Both the position numbers and the translations under genes were made by a program. This document shows positions 17,301 to 26,275 of a DNA stretch of 57,051 nt, piece after piece; the stretch's first letter is position 1; each line of letters opens with the position of its first letter. The notes under the pieces are model-generated. The model ran no database searches. It saw only the letters and a program-made list of their open reading frames with translations, and had not been told where the DNA came from. Origin of the DNA: a virus (lineage: Duplodnaviria > Caudoviricetes); IMG/VR virus record IMGVR_UViG_3300048031_000576, positions 1 to 57,051 of that record. The stretch is one strand, 5' to 3'.

Positions 17301-19810
17301 GAAACTTCGGTGAAGCCCTCGTAGACAGCACGGGGGATCAACTCCTGCTCAAGAGCACGTCGGGGTCAGATTCTATCCCGGTCGAGTTCACCTATGAGCG
17401 GGTTGAGCCGTACCTGACTCCCAAAGTCAACGCAGACACCGAGGCGACGTTCTTGGTGGAGTCGGGGATCTTGGGTGCCGGGAACGCTTCCGTGCGAGTG
17501 CGGGACACGGCACGGGAGGCGTTGCTGACGACGCTCCTCTATGTGGAACGTCCACTGGACGGGACACGGAGCCTCGTACCGATCCGTCCGAATGTCTCGT
17601 TGAGCGGATTGCAGACCCCCACGGATGCGGGATGGACAGGCGCGGGCACGGCTCCGTTCGTCCGAGGTCAGACGCTTCAGTTCTCAAAGGCGGGCACGGA
17701 CACGGCTTCGTGGACAAGGACAGCGTTCAGCGACGGGGTGGTACAGGACGAGGGCTTAATCTTGGAAGCCCGGTTCTCAGTGCAATCGTTCACTGTCGGG
17801 TCAAACGGCATTGGGTTCTACTTCGGCGGCTTGTGTCAGGTGTCAGGTGTGCTGGAGCGCACCGTCTACCTGACTCTCGGCACTGGAATCGTGGAACTCA
17901 GGAACCGCAGCCTGACGGTGATCCAGAGTTTCGCCTACGCTTGGGACGACTCAGCGGAGCACACCTACCGTCTGCTCTGTGATCCTATCGCGGACATCGT
18001 TGTGCTGGTCATTGACGATGTGGTGATCGGCTCGACGGTGTTCGCTGGCTTCAGCACGGGATCCAGCCCCGCATACTTGAGGGGCGTAGTCGGGCTCATC
18101 GGTGACGGTGCCTGTGAGATCACGCTGGATGATGTCAGTGCTGTGCCCCTGCGAAGCGTAGCCCAAGCGGGGGACACACTCGGACGCACCTTCGGCGTGT
18201 ACCTGCGGCGGACTCCCACAGGTGGTGACCCCAGCCCGGATGACATCGACTCGTACCGAATTCCACGAACAGACGGCACACCCAACGTCTTGAACAGCAG
18301 CCTGCTCGCGATTCCTGAGCCTATGGACTGGCAGGCGTTCTGCCGTGTTCGCATGTACCTTGATCTCAACTGGGGGCTCTCGGTCTATCTCCCTGATATG
18401 CCTCTGCCTCCCGGTGCTCCCGGCGCGGCACTTCCTTCGGAGACCACGGACCCGGCAGCGGCTTGGATCAACGTCGAGTACGGTGACCTGCCTGTGTATG
18501 GTGCTGTGTTCCGAGGCACGGTGGCTTTCGGGGCGTTGGATTCACGGGCGATCTCTCAGACCCGCTGGGACTCGGTGCGGTATCGCATCAGGGCAACACC
18601 GAACGGCTTTGGCATCGCACCGCAGAACATGGTTCTGAACAGGGCGTTCACGCTGACGAGCGGGGAGTACAACCTCGACACGACACCCGAGACCGCGACC
18701 ATCGTGTCCCGAACGCCGTATCTGGTGTATGTGCCTGACTCGGCCATCTTCGCTGACCGTGTGTTCGTGGTGCAGGTTGACGGGTCTGTGATCTCGTCCG
18801 CGCTGTACTCGTTCGACAAGACCACTCAGAATCTCCAGTTTGATTCTTCTGCTCCGCTGCCTTCGGATCAGCACCCGGTCACGGTGACGTTTGCAGTCGG
18901 TAAGCCCATCACCCAGCAATACCTGTGCAGCCAGCCTCTTGAGGAGACGGTCACTGTCCTCAACGAAGGCACCCCGCCGATCCCGTCTGACTTGGATCAG
19001 CCTGCTGAACGCACGGTGGAAGCAGGCAGTAAGATCAACGACCCGTCTGACGTGCTGGATGACGCTGAGTCACTGGTGCTCAATGACCCCCTTCGGGTGG
19101 TCACGTTCACCGACGACGAGGACTCGATCTACGCCGACTTGCAGTTCTGCACGAAGGAAGACGGCGACAACGTACACATCACATCGCTCTGTGACGGTCC
19201 CGGTCCCGGTCATGGCCTTGCTGAGATCGCTATCGCTGGACATTTCACCACGGACGTCCACTCTGTTCCAGAGGGTCCGGGGGGTCCGTGGACGGGGTCA
19301 CCTTCGATCAAGGGATCCACGACCCACTTCAACCCTGCCACGATCTTGACCGCGAGCGGTGGGTTTATTCTCGGCGGAAATATCGGCCCAGGCACCGCGA
19401 TCTTGTACCCCAACCAACGTGGTCCGTCAGGGCTCCCACCTGAAGGCGGGATGGGTCTGAATCAGGACTTTGCTTTGCGGTTGGAGGATGTGAACCCCCG
19501 AACGGAAGACCTGGACACTCCCAACCGTCTTGGGGACAACACACCTCCAATGAGTGCTGACCCCACGGTTGACCCCAACCCGAATGGGGTGCCCACGCCA
19601 AATGGCAACGGAGCGGTAGCATACAAACTGGAGGACTACGCGGGGGTAACTGCTTCGCGGTTGGGTCCGTGGGGTGGGCTCACGGCTTTGCAGACGAGAT
19701 CACTGCTGGCTGGAGGCACTCTGTTGAACGGATCTGAGTTTATTCTGGAAGGGGGTCAGCAGGTTGAGACCCCCACGGTAATCGAGGGATACATCCGAGC
19801 GGCAAACTGA
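14396..19810 (+). CDS. Very large putative tail/baseplate protein (1804 aa)
   Basis: GGAGG RBS and GTG start; GYG/PYG-rich N-terminus; Ig-like and lectin-like beta segments. Confidence 0.75.
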   Translation: MPVYLPGLTFGGLGYGGASYGYSPYGSGVHPRLPVPVDGGYGGAPYGLASYGSVDITPPRVSGAQALDAYRVEVFFNEAMRDDAALVDPASYSFAATYGVGITSVSVAKGNVSGLGYSSVIVTHTGSTLGGQYTVTVTGVVDIAGNPVGPPPTDTAVFYAFGDTATATVSLPVPDDGRTVQLDFVNSLGSSQDMLTEVEFSPGVDSTASYGISTTYPVTPTIGSAKQDATVLSRVLLDVHPMTSAVYGLTLGPSLAFDYDGSLLPDDDPNLTGTEIGTGASVASAQGLLLTKAAGVQYGWSFGDTSGRMIPGTTYRVDLKYDLTGTSIVPAVLNSTLSTFSVSDGAIQIDLVIADVAGSKIITIYSGAYSSTVLASWDTLGQHTITVLRNQKGDFYSVLFDGIPLNSFAIASATGAATYAPGAAFVLGAAHAVTLFKLQGVKNTSSTTLFTGAWNFIHGLGTSFTGSAVLAKDRIITRYGPLVRGWGDNTPATKEDVEVRLDGGVIDIAGLNPYVGEIYPTIPIPLAAAGTFTVEIDYIWFMNPAMSMVGLNTRGLTLNTWDRSTGHTAGVPSPTPVGSTGAVKTNRFPMGVALGPYKRESPKQIGHKYIGFQKGGYSALLNQPTTLLLNQNPHAISVGGLSAEALQASGVFDGTVDPTAAPTPWVLGGVDTGGLVGDGTYRVVDPSSGPYGIGTAAIYTRDLDLSLNTQVTDIARFKVVSYTADGVFTGVGFGLHDGAHLVVVGALIVDGVQHVGVLLDGAKTHLEEGWQIGPAVDATALTQTTIQVAYTDLPSGIQSGDRFRIASGSQAGVYTIADCGLNLDEDGVYVEITLTSALPTDIGLFEAGSFTVLFETPWDQGLISFRVYSEFPQGSATVYLGGAISGLVASLDEVAPYPAQTALLLPATEKGVAFWGSLSRRAISNSIWDLTQYISEPALMVQTVQGITALTEMNTLPEDDPNDPWYRVGNFGEALVDSTGDQLLLKSTSGSDSIPVEFTYERVEPYLTPKVNADTEATFLVESGILGAGNASVRVRDTAREALLTTLLYVERPLDGTRSLVPIRPNVSLSGLQTPTDAGWTGAGTAPFVRGQTLQFSKAGTDTASWTRTAFSDGVVQDEGLILEARFSVQSFTVGSNGIGFYFGGLCQVSGVLERTVYLTLGTGIVELRNRSLTVIQSFAYAWDDSAEHTYRLLCDPIADIVVLVIDDVVIGSTVFAGFSTGSSPAYLRGVVGLIGDGACEITLDDVSAVPLRSVAQAGDTLGRTFGVYLRRTPTGGDPSPDDIDSYRIPRTDGTPNVLNSSLLAIPEPMDWQAFCRVRMYLDLNWGLSVYLPDMPLPPGAPGAALPSETTDPAAAWINVEYGDLPVYGAVFRGTVAFGALDSRAISQTRWDSVRYRIRATPNGFGIAPQNMVLNRAFTLTSGEYNLDTTPETATIVSRTPYLVYVPDSAIFADRVFVVQVDGSVISSALYSFDKTTQNLQFDSSAPLPSDQHPVTVTFAVGKPITQQYLCSQPLEETVTVLNEGTPPIPSDLDQPAERTVEAGSKINDPSDVLDDAESLVLNDPLRVVTFTDDEDSIYADLQFCTKEDGDNVHITSLCDGPGPGHGLAEIAIAGHFTTDVHSVPEGPGGPWTGSPSIKGSTTHFNPATILTASGGFILGGNIGPGTAILYPNQRGPSGLPPEGGMGLNQDFALRLEDVNPRTEDLDTPNRLGDNTPPMSADPTVDPNPNGVPTPNGNGAVAYKLEDYAGVTASRLGPWGGLTALQTRSLLAGGTLLNGSEFILEGGQQVETPTVIEGYIRAAN

Positions 19811-19978
19811 CTAACTCACGGCATCGTTCACGGCACGCCTCACGGCACGCCTCACGGCTGCGCTCACGGCCCACCACACGGCACCGGTCACGGCACGCCT
19901 CACGGCATCGTTCACGGCACGGTCCACGGCCCAGGACACGTCACGGTACACGGCACGCCTCACGGCAACGTTAGTCAT
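19811..19978 (-). CDS. AVxx mini-protein B11 (55 aa, terminal unit)
   Basis: MTNVAVRR...AVNDAVS. Confidence 0.7.
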   Translation of the reverse strand: MTNVAVRRAVYRDVSWAVDRAVNDAVRRAVTGAVWWAVSAAVRRAVRRAVNDAVS

Positions 19979-20168
19979 GGTTGATCTCCCACACGGCTTC
20001 GTCCACGGCACGGTACACGGCACGGCTCACGGCAGCGTTCACGGCACGCCTCACGGCAAGGTCCACGGCATAGATCACGGCACCGTACACGGCTTCGTCC
20101 ACGGCACCGTACACGTCACGCCACACGGCACCGGTCACGGCACCGTTATTCATGGCATCGTTATTCAT
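19971..20168 (-). CDS. AVxx mini-protein B10 (65 aa)
   Basis: MNNDAMNNGAVTG...AVWEINHD. Confidence 0.7.
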   Translation of the reverse strand: MNNDAMNNGAVTGAVWRDVYGAVDEAVYGAVIYAVDLAVRRAVNAAVSRAVYRAVDEAVWEINHD

Positions 20169-20406
20169 GGCTGACCTCCTCGATCACGGCACGCCTCACG
20201 GCACGCCTCACGGCACGCCTCACGGCTGCGCTCACGGCCCAGTACACGGCACCGTTCACGGCACGCCTCACGGCCCAGTACACGGCATCGTTCACGGCAC
20301 GGTCAACGGCATCGTCCACGTCACGGTACACGGCACCGCTCACGGCAGAGTCAACGGCACGCCTCACGGCCCAGTACACGGCACCGGTCACGGCACCGTT
20401 ATTCAT
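20161..20406 (-). CDS. AVxx mini-protein B9 (81 aa)
   Basis: MNNGAVTG...AVIEEVSHE. Confidence 0.7.
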   Translation of the reverse strand: MNNGAVTGAVYWAVRRAVDSAVSGAVYRDVDDAVDRAVNDAVYWAVRRAVNGAVYWAVSAAVRRAVRRAVRRAVIEEVSHE

Positions 20407-20596
20407 GGCTGACCTCCTCGTTCACGGCACGCCTCACGGCACGCCTCACGGCACGCCTCACGGCATCGTTCACGGCACGGTTCACGGCAACGTTCACGGC
20501 AACGATCACGGCAACTTTCACGTCACGGTTCACGGCACCGAACACGTCACGCCACACGGCACCGGTCACGTCACGCCACACGGCATCGTTAATCAT
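20399..20596 (-). CDS. AVxx mini-protein B8 (65 aa)
   Basis: MINDAVWR...AVNEEVSHE. Confidence 0.7.
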   Translation of the reverse strand: MINDAVWRDVTGAVWRDVFGAVNRDVKVAVIVAVNVAVNRAVNDAVRRAVRRAVRRAVNEEVSHE

Positions 20597-20774
20597 GGCT
20601 GACCTCCTCGATCACGGCACCGTTCACGTCACGGTACACGGCAGCGGTCACGGCAAGGTACACGGCCCAGGACACGGCATCGGGCACGGCACGGTACACG
20701 GGACCGGACACGGCACTCCTCACGGCACGGTACACGGCCCAGGACACGTCACGGTTCACGGCAACGTTAATCAT
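20589..20774 (-). CDS. AVxx mini-protein B7 (61 aa)
   Basis: MINVAVNR...AVIEEVSHD. Confidence 0.7.
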   Translation of the reverse strand: MINVAVNRDVSWAVYRAVRSAVSGPVYRAVPDAVSWAVYLAVTAAVYRDVNGAVIEEVSHD

Positions 20775-20985
20775 GGTTGATCTCCCACACGGCAGCGTTC
20801 ACGGCACTCCTCACGGCACCGCTCACGGCACTCAACACGGCACGGTTCACGGCAGCGGTCACGGCAAGGTACACGGCCCAGGACACGGCATCGGGCACGG
20901 CACGGTACACGGGACCGGACACGGCACTCAACACGGCACGGTTCACGGCCCAGGACACGTCACGGTTCACGGCAACGTTAATCAT
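20767..20985 (-). CDS. AVxx mini-protein B6 (72 aa)
   Basis: MINVAVNR...AVWEINHD. Confidence 0.7.
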   Translation of the reverse strand: MINVAVNRDVSWAVNRAVLSAVSGPVYRAVPDAVSWAVYLAVTAAVNRAVLSAVSGAVRSAVNAAVWEINHD

Positions 20986-21160
20986 GGTTGATCTCCCACA
21001 CGGCACCGTTCACGGCACGCCTCACGGCAAGGTCCACGGCAGCGTCCACGGCACGGTCAACGGCATCGTCCACGGCATCTTCCACGGCAAACCACACGGC
21101 TTCGGACACGGCCCAGTACACGCCACTCAACACGGCACGGTCCACGGCATCGTTAGTCAT
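20978..21160 (-). CDS. AVxx mini-protein B5 (60 aa)
   Basis: MTNDAVDR...AVWEINHD. Confidence 0.7.
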   Translation of the reverse strand: MTNDAVDRAVLSGVYWAVSEAVWFAVEDAVDDAVDRAVDAAVDLAVRRAVNGAVWEINHD

Positions 21161-21230
21161 GGTTGATCTCCCACACGGCATCGGACACGGCCCCCCACAC
21201 GGCATCGTCAACGGCTTCATCGTTAGTCAT
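21153..21230 (-). CDS. AVxx mini-protein B4 (25 aa)
   Basis: MTNDEAVDDAVWGAVSDAVWEINHD. Confidence 0.6.
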   Translation of the reverse strand: MTNDEAVDDAVWGAVSDAVWEINHD

Positions 21231-21465
21231 GGTTGATCTCCCACACGGCAGCGTTAACGGCACTCCTCAAGGCACCGCTCACGGCAGCGTCAACGGCAAA
21301 CCGCACGGCAGCGGTCACGTCACTGTACACGGCCCAGGACACGGCATCGGGCACGGCACGGTACACGGGACCGGACACGGCACGGTACACGGCAGCGTTA
21401 ACGGCACTCCTCAAGGCACCGCTCACGGCCCAGGACACGTCACGGTTCACGGCAACGTTAATCAT
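21223..21465 (-). CDS. AVxx mini-protein B3 (80 aa)
   Basis: MINVAVNR...AVWEINHD. Confidence 0.7.
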   Translation of the reverse strand: MINVAVNRDVSWAVSGALRSAVNAAVYRAVSGPVYRAVPDAVSWAVYSDVTAAVRFAVDAAVSGALRSAVNAAVWEINHD

Positions 21466-21640
21466 GGTTGATCTCCCACACGGCAGCGTCAACGGCACTC
21501 CTCACGGCACCGCTCACGGCACCGTGAACGGCACGCCTCACGGCAACGTCAACGGCAGCGTTCACTCCACTGTACACGGCACGCCTCACGGCATCGTGTA
21601 CGTCACGGCTCACGGCACGTCTCACGGCATCGTTAGTCAT
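21458..21640 (-). CDS. AVxx mini-protein B2 (60 aa)
   Basis: MTNDAVRR...AVWEINHD. Confidence 0.7.
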   Translation of the reverse strand: MTNDAVRRAVSRDVHDAVRRAVYSGVNAAVDVAVRRAVHGAVSGAVRSAVDAAVWEINHD

Positions 21641-21746
21641 GGTTGATCTCCCACACGGCATCGTCCACGGCACGCCACACGGCAAGGTCCACGGCATAGA
21701 TCACGCGGTCTTCGAAGTTAGCCGTGTAGTCCGGCTTCCTCAGCAT
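21633..21746 (-). CDS. AVxx mini-protein B1 (37 aa, leader unit with a unique N-terminus)
   Basis: GGGGAG RBS; MLRKPDYTANFEDRVIYAVDLAVWRAVDDAVWEINHD. Confidence 0.6.
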   Translation of the reverse strand: MLRKPDYTANFEDRVIYAVDLAVWRAVDDAVWEINHD

Positions 21747-22404
21747 CGGGAACTCCCCCGACCCGAAGACCTCCAAGGGTTCCGATAAGTTTGCCCGCAA
21801 CGTTGGGATCCACTTTAAAAAGAAACTCGCCATCCTCTCCAACGGCTTCGATGCTTTCGGGATCTTGCATATTAAAACCGCGAATCCAGCAGTATGGTAT
21901 CGGCATGTGCCCCACCACATCATCCCACGTCAGCGGAACGATATCCGTGACCCACGGGGTGTACTTCATGGTGTCCCCGGTGGTCTTTATCTTGACTACC
22001 TCGTCACTTGACGCCCAAGTAGTATGCGTGCCTTCCTTGAACCCTAAGCGAGTTCCCGCCACCCAAAAAACGGTCCCTTCAATGCCATCTGAGACTCTCC
22101 GGACGCGGTGACCTTTTCGGGGTAGGCCCCGTCGGGTGATTTTGACGTGATCCGACAAGAGTTGCACCCACCCTCTTTTCGGACCCACCCCTGGTTCCAG
22201 GCCGGGGTATATGGGGTGTATTTTTTCCTTGTCTTCGTAGAGGGGCTTCTGTGACCCGTCTTGGGATATCCCCACGCGGTCGTGCCCGATCCACACAAGG
22301 GTTCCCCGCAGCCCGTCGGGTCCGACCACCTCTGCCCCTATTTTTATCGGGAGTAATTGCTCGCGTGCTTCCCGTGGGCTCAGGGCGGGAGTGTTCTCAG
22401 CCAT
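21718..22404 (-). CDS. Hypothetical protein with two SH3/KOW-like repeats, first gene of the array-2 operon
   Basis: GGAGG RBS; KIGAEVVGPDGLRGTLVWIGHDRVGI and RKGHRVRRVSDGIEGTVFWVAGTRLGF. Confidence 0.7.
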   Translation of the reverse strand: MAENTPALSPREAREQLLPIKIGAEVVGPDGLRGTLVWIGHDRVGISQDGSQKPLYEDKEKIHPIYPGLEPGVGPKRGWVQLLSDHVKITRRGLPRKGHRVRRVSDGIEGTVFWVAGTRLGFKEGTHTTWASSDEVVKIKTTGDTMKYTPWVTDIVPLTWDDVVGHMPIPYCWIRGFNMQDPESIEAVGEDGEFLFKVDPNVAGKLIGTLGGLRVGGVPDAEEAGLHG

Positions 22405-22424
22405 GGTCCTTCCTCCAAGACTCA

Positions 22425-22460
22425 AATAAGAGATGAGCCCCGACCGGAACCCCCCTTCAC
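22425..22460 (-). promoter_or_regulatory. Putative promoter motif (copy 3) upstream of the array-2 operon
   Basis: GTGAA GGGGGGT TCCGGTCGG GGCTC ATCTCTTATT. Confidence 0.6.
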
Positions 22461-22741
22461 GGGATTCTTGTGCTGTCGGTATCCCTTCTATCAGGCTCAG
22501 GTGCTTAGGAGGTTCCGCACATGGGTTGTGGTTGCAGGAAGAAGAGTGCATCATCTTCCTCTGTTTCCCGCAGAGGTAGTGGTCGTGTCCCGTCTCCTAC
22601 GGCAACGGGTACGTCTTCTCCCATCCGGGTTTCGCGTGCTTTGCCGCGCAAGCCCGTGACCCAAAGACTCCCCCAAGGGAAAAAGGTGCGGAAATGAACA
22701 ACGCCTACTATCGGGTAGCGTAGCCCCTGACGGAGACTTGA

Positions 22742-25700
22742 ATGGCTATCCACGATAAGTATTTTCCCGGATCTACCGTTTCCCGGTACCTCTCACCAAG
22801 TGAGCGGTCCTGGGATGAGGCTGTGTACCAAAGTGGGAAACCCGTCCTTGACTCGGAGTTGAATCTTTCACAGGAGGTAAACCGTGAATTTCGCCGCCTG
22901 ATTCAGCAACGGGAAACCCCCTCCGGGTTTTTGCGTGGTCCCGTCCCGTTGACGGCGGCATATCAGTTCCCGGCACCTGGAGATGCAGACTTTGTCGTAA
23001 ATGGCTTCTACATGAGCAAGAGGACTGCCCTGGTTGCCAACATTCCTCTGACCATTGAGTACACCAACACAACCACACAAGGTCGGAATCAGATTCAGTT
23101 GGACTCGGCACCGATCAACGGGGGGTCGCCCCCTGACGTGAAGCGGTCTGACTTTGTGTTCTTGGAAGTCTACCGAGCACAGGTGAGCCACTCACCGCGA
23201 GCCAGCGGGACGCTCACTGTTTTGACGACCCCGACGACGGGCACGATCACCATCAACGGCCTTGCGTTGACCCCCGCTGGGGGTGCTCGCACACCCGGAG
23301 GAAATGACTACAACAACACGCTGGGATCAGTAGCCGCTATCGCTGCTGAGATTCGCGATGCCCTCAACGACCCCGCAAACGGTTTCGCGGTTGCAGTCAC
23401 GGCACAGATCGATCTCACGGTGTCCGCACAGGTGAACCTTCGGGCCACGGATGCCTTCGCTGGTGCGGCGGGTAATGCCGTCGGGTTTATTGAGTCCACC
23501 GCTGGTGTCGAGTTCACCCTGAATCCTCTCGGGGGCTTCCTGACAGGCGGTGCTGACACCCCCAACAAGCCGACTCAGGCGACGATTTACCGGCACGGCA
23601 ACGTCAATGCACCCGCTGGTGTGAATCTGTTGGATGACATCAGTGATCCCACCATTGGCACGGAGAGCACCAAGCGTGTTCAGGTTCAGTACCGTATTCG
23701 CGCCACGGGTCAGCCCGAAGCCGTCAACTTCAAGCAGGAAAACGGCTTCAGCAACGGCAATGTGCAGGCTCAGGGTAGCCAAGCAACCACCGTCAACCAG
23801 TATCGTTTTGTTCCCGCTGATGGTGTCACGGTTGAGGCGTACATCGAAGTCACCGGAGTAGGTGTAATTGCTCCTGGCGATGTGATCACGGTGGATGGTG
23901 TTGCTCTCACAGCGGTGGCGGGTGCTCCTGTGGGTGCTCAATTCGACGTGAGTTCAGGAGTTCCTGCCACCATCGTGACCAGTATCGTTGCCGCAATTAC
24001 AGGCAGCGTTGCCACAGCAAGCGCGACTTCATTCGGGACGTTTGCTCAGGTGGTTCCAGCGACGGCAGGAGACAACATCACGTTGGCGACGACGTTGACC
24101 ACAGTGACCTCTGTGAATTTCGCGGTGAACTCCGCAGTGTCTTACGGGTACGTGGACAACGGGTTGTTCATCTCTGGTGACGGCACTCAGGGGGCCTCTA
24201 CAGATCTCGGCACGGTAGATGGGTTCGTGTACGCGATTCCCATGTGTTTCGTGTTCCGCAGGAATGATGCCAGCACCACAGGTGGTTTTGACCCGGTGGC
24301 GAACACCAACGGCGCGATCTCACAGGGTCACGCGGGCTTTGCCAACACCCATGGCATTGGTGCGATCCCTGCCACGACGAGTGATCGTCCTGATCAGAAC
24401 TTCCATGATGCGATTGTGAGGGGAGATCTTTTAGACCTTCGTCGGCATGTGAGTCCTGGGGGGGTTGATCTCAAGGCAGAGTTGGAGTCGCAGATGACTG
24501 CTCTGTTGGACGGCACCCTTCGAACATGGGCTCTTGATACTCAGGGAGTCACTGAACTCGGAGGTGGCTCAGGTGATGTCAGCCCGGTGTACCTTGTGTG
24601 CAACGAGGTTGGAGACCAAGACACCACCCGTGGTGAGACTGTCGGTACGTGGGATCACATACGTCGCCGGTTCGCGGATCAGTCGGTAATCGAGCGTCGG
24701 ATTTTCCCGGTGCTTTCGACTTCCGCAGTGGGCACAAACCCCGGTTTGTATGCCTCCCCGAATCCTGCTGGCTGGCAAGAGGGTCAGGTCATCCATATAG
24801 ATTTGGACAGCCTGGATGCCTCTGGTGAGGGCGACTGGACCCCCACAGGATCTCCGGTGGCGGTCACGAATCAGTGGCCTGCGGGAACCAAGGTCACGGC
24901 GGTTTTGCGGGTCATCCACGACGACGGCAACTATGCCGCACCTATCGGACAGGGGGTAGAGATCGATTTGGTTCAAGGCGTGGGTACATCTCACGTTGAG
25001 ATCACGTTGGCTCCCAACAACCGACAGGCAAACGGTGGTGTTTCGGGTGCAGCGGCTTACGATTTGGTTCCGGCATCCCCGGCAGTGGGTTCACCACGTC
25101 GGATCTTCGTGGAATTGGAGATCACCTACCCCCTCGGAGAAGGTGCAGCGGCAACCCCTGATGAGACACTGACTCCAGCGGCCACGGTGACGGCATACAA
25201 GGGTGCTGCCCTTGAGAACGACACCAGCAAGCGCCCTACGGATTGGGAAGACCTGATCGCTCCTCAGTTTCGTTCGGGCTACCGTGAGTTCTCCTTGGAA
25301 TACGTTGCCAACGAGATCGGCACCGGTATCGGTTCTGGAACCCCGATCACAGAGTCCGTGGTCAGCCGGACACTGGACGAGTTGATCTTGCCTCGACGGA
25401 TGTTTGGGACGGGTGCGACCACGGTGACCGTCACTGAACAGGGCTCGGGAGCCCCCACACCTCGCCCGATTGATGTGAACGCGACGACATGGGGATCCTC
25501 GGAGCGTAAGGTCGTCCTGAATGGGAACCTGACGGCGGCTCAGAGTCTTTGTTCGGTGGACTTTTACGCACAGGATCCGATTCCTGACTTTTCCAGTCCC
25601 GGTGATCGCTACCAAATTAGCGTATACTTCCGGTCGAACGCGCCCCAGACGGTAGGGGTGCAGGCAGGGTTTCCGGCCACTTCGCCTCTTCCGGCATCGC

Positions 25701-26272
25701 TGGGTCTGAAGCCCTTGGTGATGAGCCGCGAGTTATGGACGGGAACGACTTCTTCGGGGTCACTGGACCTTGCGTTTCCCTACAGCAATCCTTCGGATCA
25801 GATCGCGGTGAACGCGGACTCGGCCACGGGACCAAATCCGGCTTTTCCGGGTGAGTGGGCCTTGGCGAGTCTCGCCAAGATCAGCGTAGGCGACTTCGAC
25901 GCTGAGACGGGGCTGCTGAACCTGCACCAGATGGTCGCGGCAGACCCGAACAGCGATTTCACGTTCACTACCCGTGACTGGGATACCGATTTCCGTGGGC
26001 ATTACAAGGTGTCGGATCTCTCCGCATACCGTCCTACTGCTATGGCCCAGCCGCTTTCCGGCGTGGCAACCCACAAGGTCTGGTTCCCTTTTCTGGCTCA
26101 AGCGTCCGCCGACAATGTGTACTTCCGTAAGGGAGAGGTCTTGCTGGTGGTAGTCAGTCGATATGCACTCCTTGATGGAGACAATGTGGTTCGTTTTACC
26201 GATGGGGGCACAGATACCTGTGCTGCGGTGTACCGGACTCGCGGTCTTCTCCTTCTGGCTTCGGAGCAGTAA
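22742..26272 (+). CDS. Large virion (baseplate/tail) protein, paralog of 31825-37092
   Basis: QSGKPVLDSELN, DPTIG.E.T.RVQ.QYRIR, GTVDG.VYAIPMC.VFRRN and RPD..F.D.....D.LDLRR shared with 31825. Confidence 0.8.
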   Translation: MAIHDKYFPGSTVSRYLSPSERSWDEAVYQSGKPVLDSELNLSQEVNREFRRLIQQRETPSGFLRGPVPLTAAYQFPAPGDADFVVNGFYMSKRTALVANIPLTIEYTNTTTQGRNQIQLDSAPINGGSPPDVKRSDFVFLEVYRAQVSHSPRASGTLTVLTTPTTGTITINGLALTPAGGARTPGGNDYNNTLGSVAAIAAEIRDALNDPANGFAVAVTAQIDLTVSAQVNLRATDAFAGAAGNAVGFIESTAGVEFTLNPLGGFLTGGADTPNKPTQATIYRHGNVNAPAGVNLLDDISDPTIGTESTKRVQVQYRIRATGQPEAVNFKQENGFSNGNVQAQGSQATTVNQYRFVPADGVTVEAYIEVTGVGVIAPGDVITVDGVALTAVAGAPVGAQFDVSSGVPATIVTSIVAAITGSVATASATSFGTFAQVVPATAGDNITLATTLTTVTSVNFAVNSAVSYGYVDNGLFISGDGTQGASTDLGTVDGFVYAIPMCFVFRRNDASTTGGFDPVANTNGAISQGHAGFANTHGIGAIPATTSDRPDQNFHDAIVRGDLLDLRRHVSPGGVDLKAELESQMTALLDGTLRTWALDTQGVTELGGGSGDVSPVYLVCNEVGDQDTTRGETVGTWDHIRRRFADQSVIERRIFPVLSTSAVGTNPGLYASPNPAGWQEGQVIHIDLDSLDASGEGDWTPTGSPVAVTNQWPAGTKVTAVLRVIHDDGNYAAPIGQGVEIDLVQGVGTSHVEITLAPNNRQANGGVSGAAAYDLVPASPAVGSPRRIFVELEITYPLGEGAAATPDETLTPAATVTAYKGAALENDTSKRPTDWEDLIAPQFRSGYREFSLEYVANEIGTGIGSGTPITESVVSRTLDELILPRRMFGTGATTVTVTEQGSGAPTPRPIDVNATTWGSSERKVVLNGNLTAAQSLCSVDFYAQDPIPDFSSPGDRYQISVYFRSNAPQTVGVQAGFPATSPLPASLGLKPLVMSRELWTGTTSSGSLDLAFPYSNPSDQIAVNADSATGPNPAFPGEWALASLAKISVGDFDAETGLLNLHQMVAADPNSDFTFTTRDWDTDFRGHYKVSDLSAYRPTAMAQPLSGVATHKVWFPFLAQASADNVYFRKGEVLLVVVSRYALLDGDNVVRFTDGGTDTCAAVYRTRGLLLLASEQ

Positions 26273-26275
26273 ACC

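Larger units (their letters stand above)
19811..21746 (-). repeat. Array 2: 11 tandem translationally coupled AVxx mini-genes
   Basis: Same 12-nt words and RBS/stop/start junctions as array 1. Confidence 0.95.

Noticed and set aside
9275-21646. Plus-strand (HGxV)n and (TAxx)n ORFs over the arrays, which also show an ATGGTTGA start/stop overlap
   Set aside because: No RBS or promoter on that strand; CAC/AAC variation is non-synonymous there but silent in the minus AV frame, so they are treated as shadows (not formally excluded)
9087-21746. The arrays as CRISPR arrays
   Set aside because: The intervening segments are roughly 45-210 nt, internally repetitive and open reading frames; no cas genes are in the window
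9087-21746. Diversity-generating retroelement or integron as the source of array variation
   Set aside because: No reverse transcriptase or integrase in the window, no adenine-specific TR/VR pair, no attC-like palindromes
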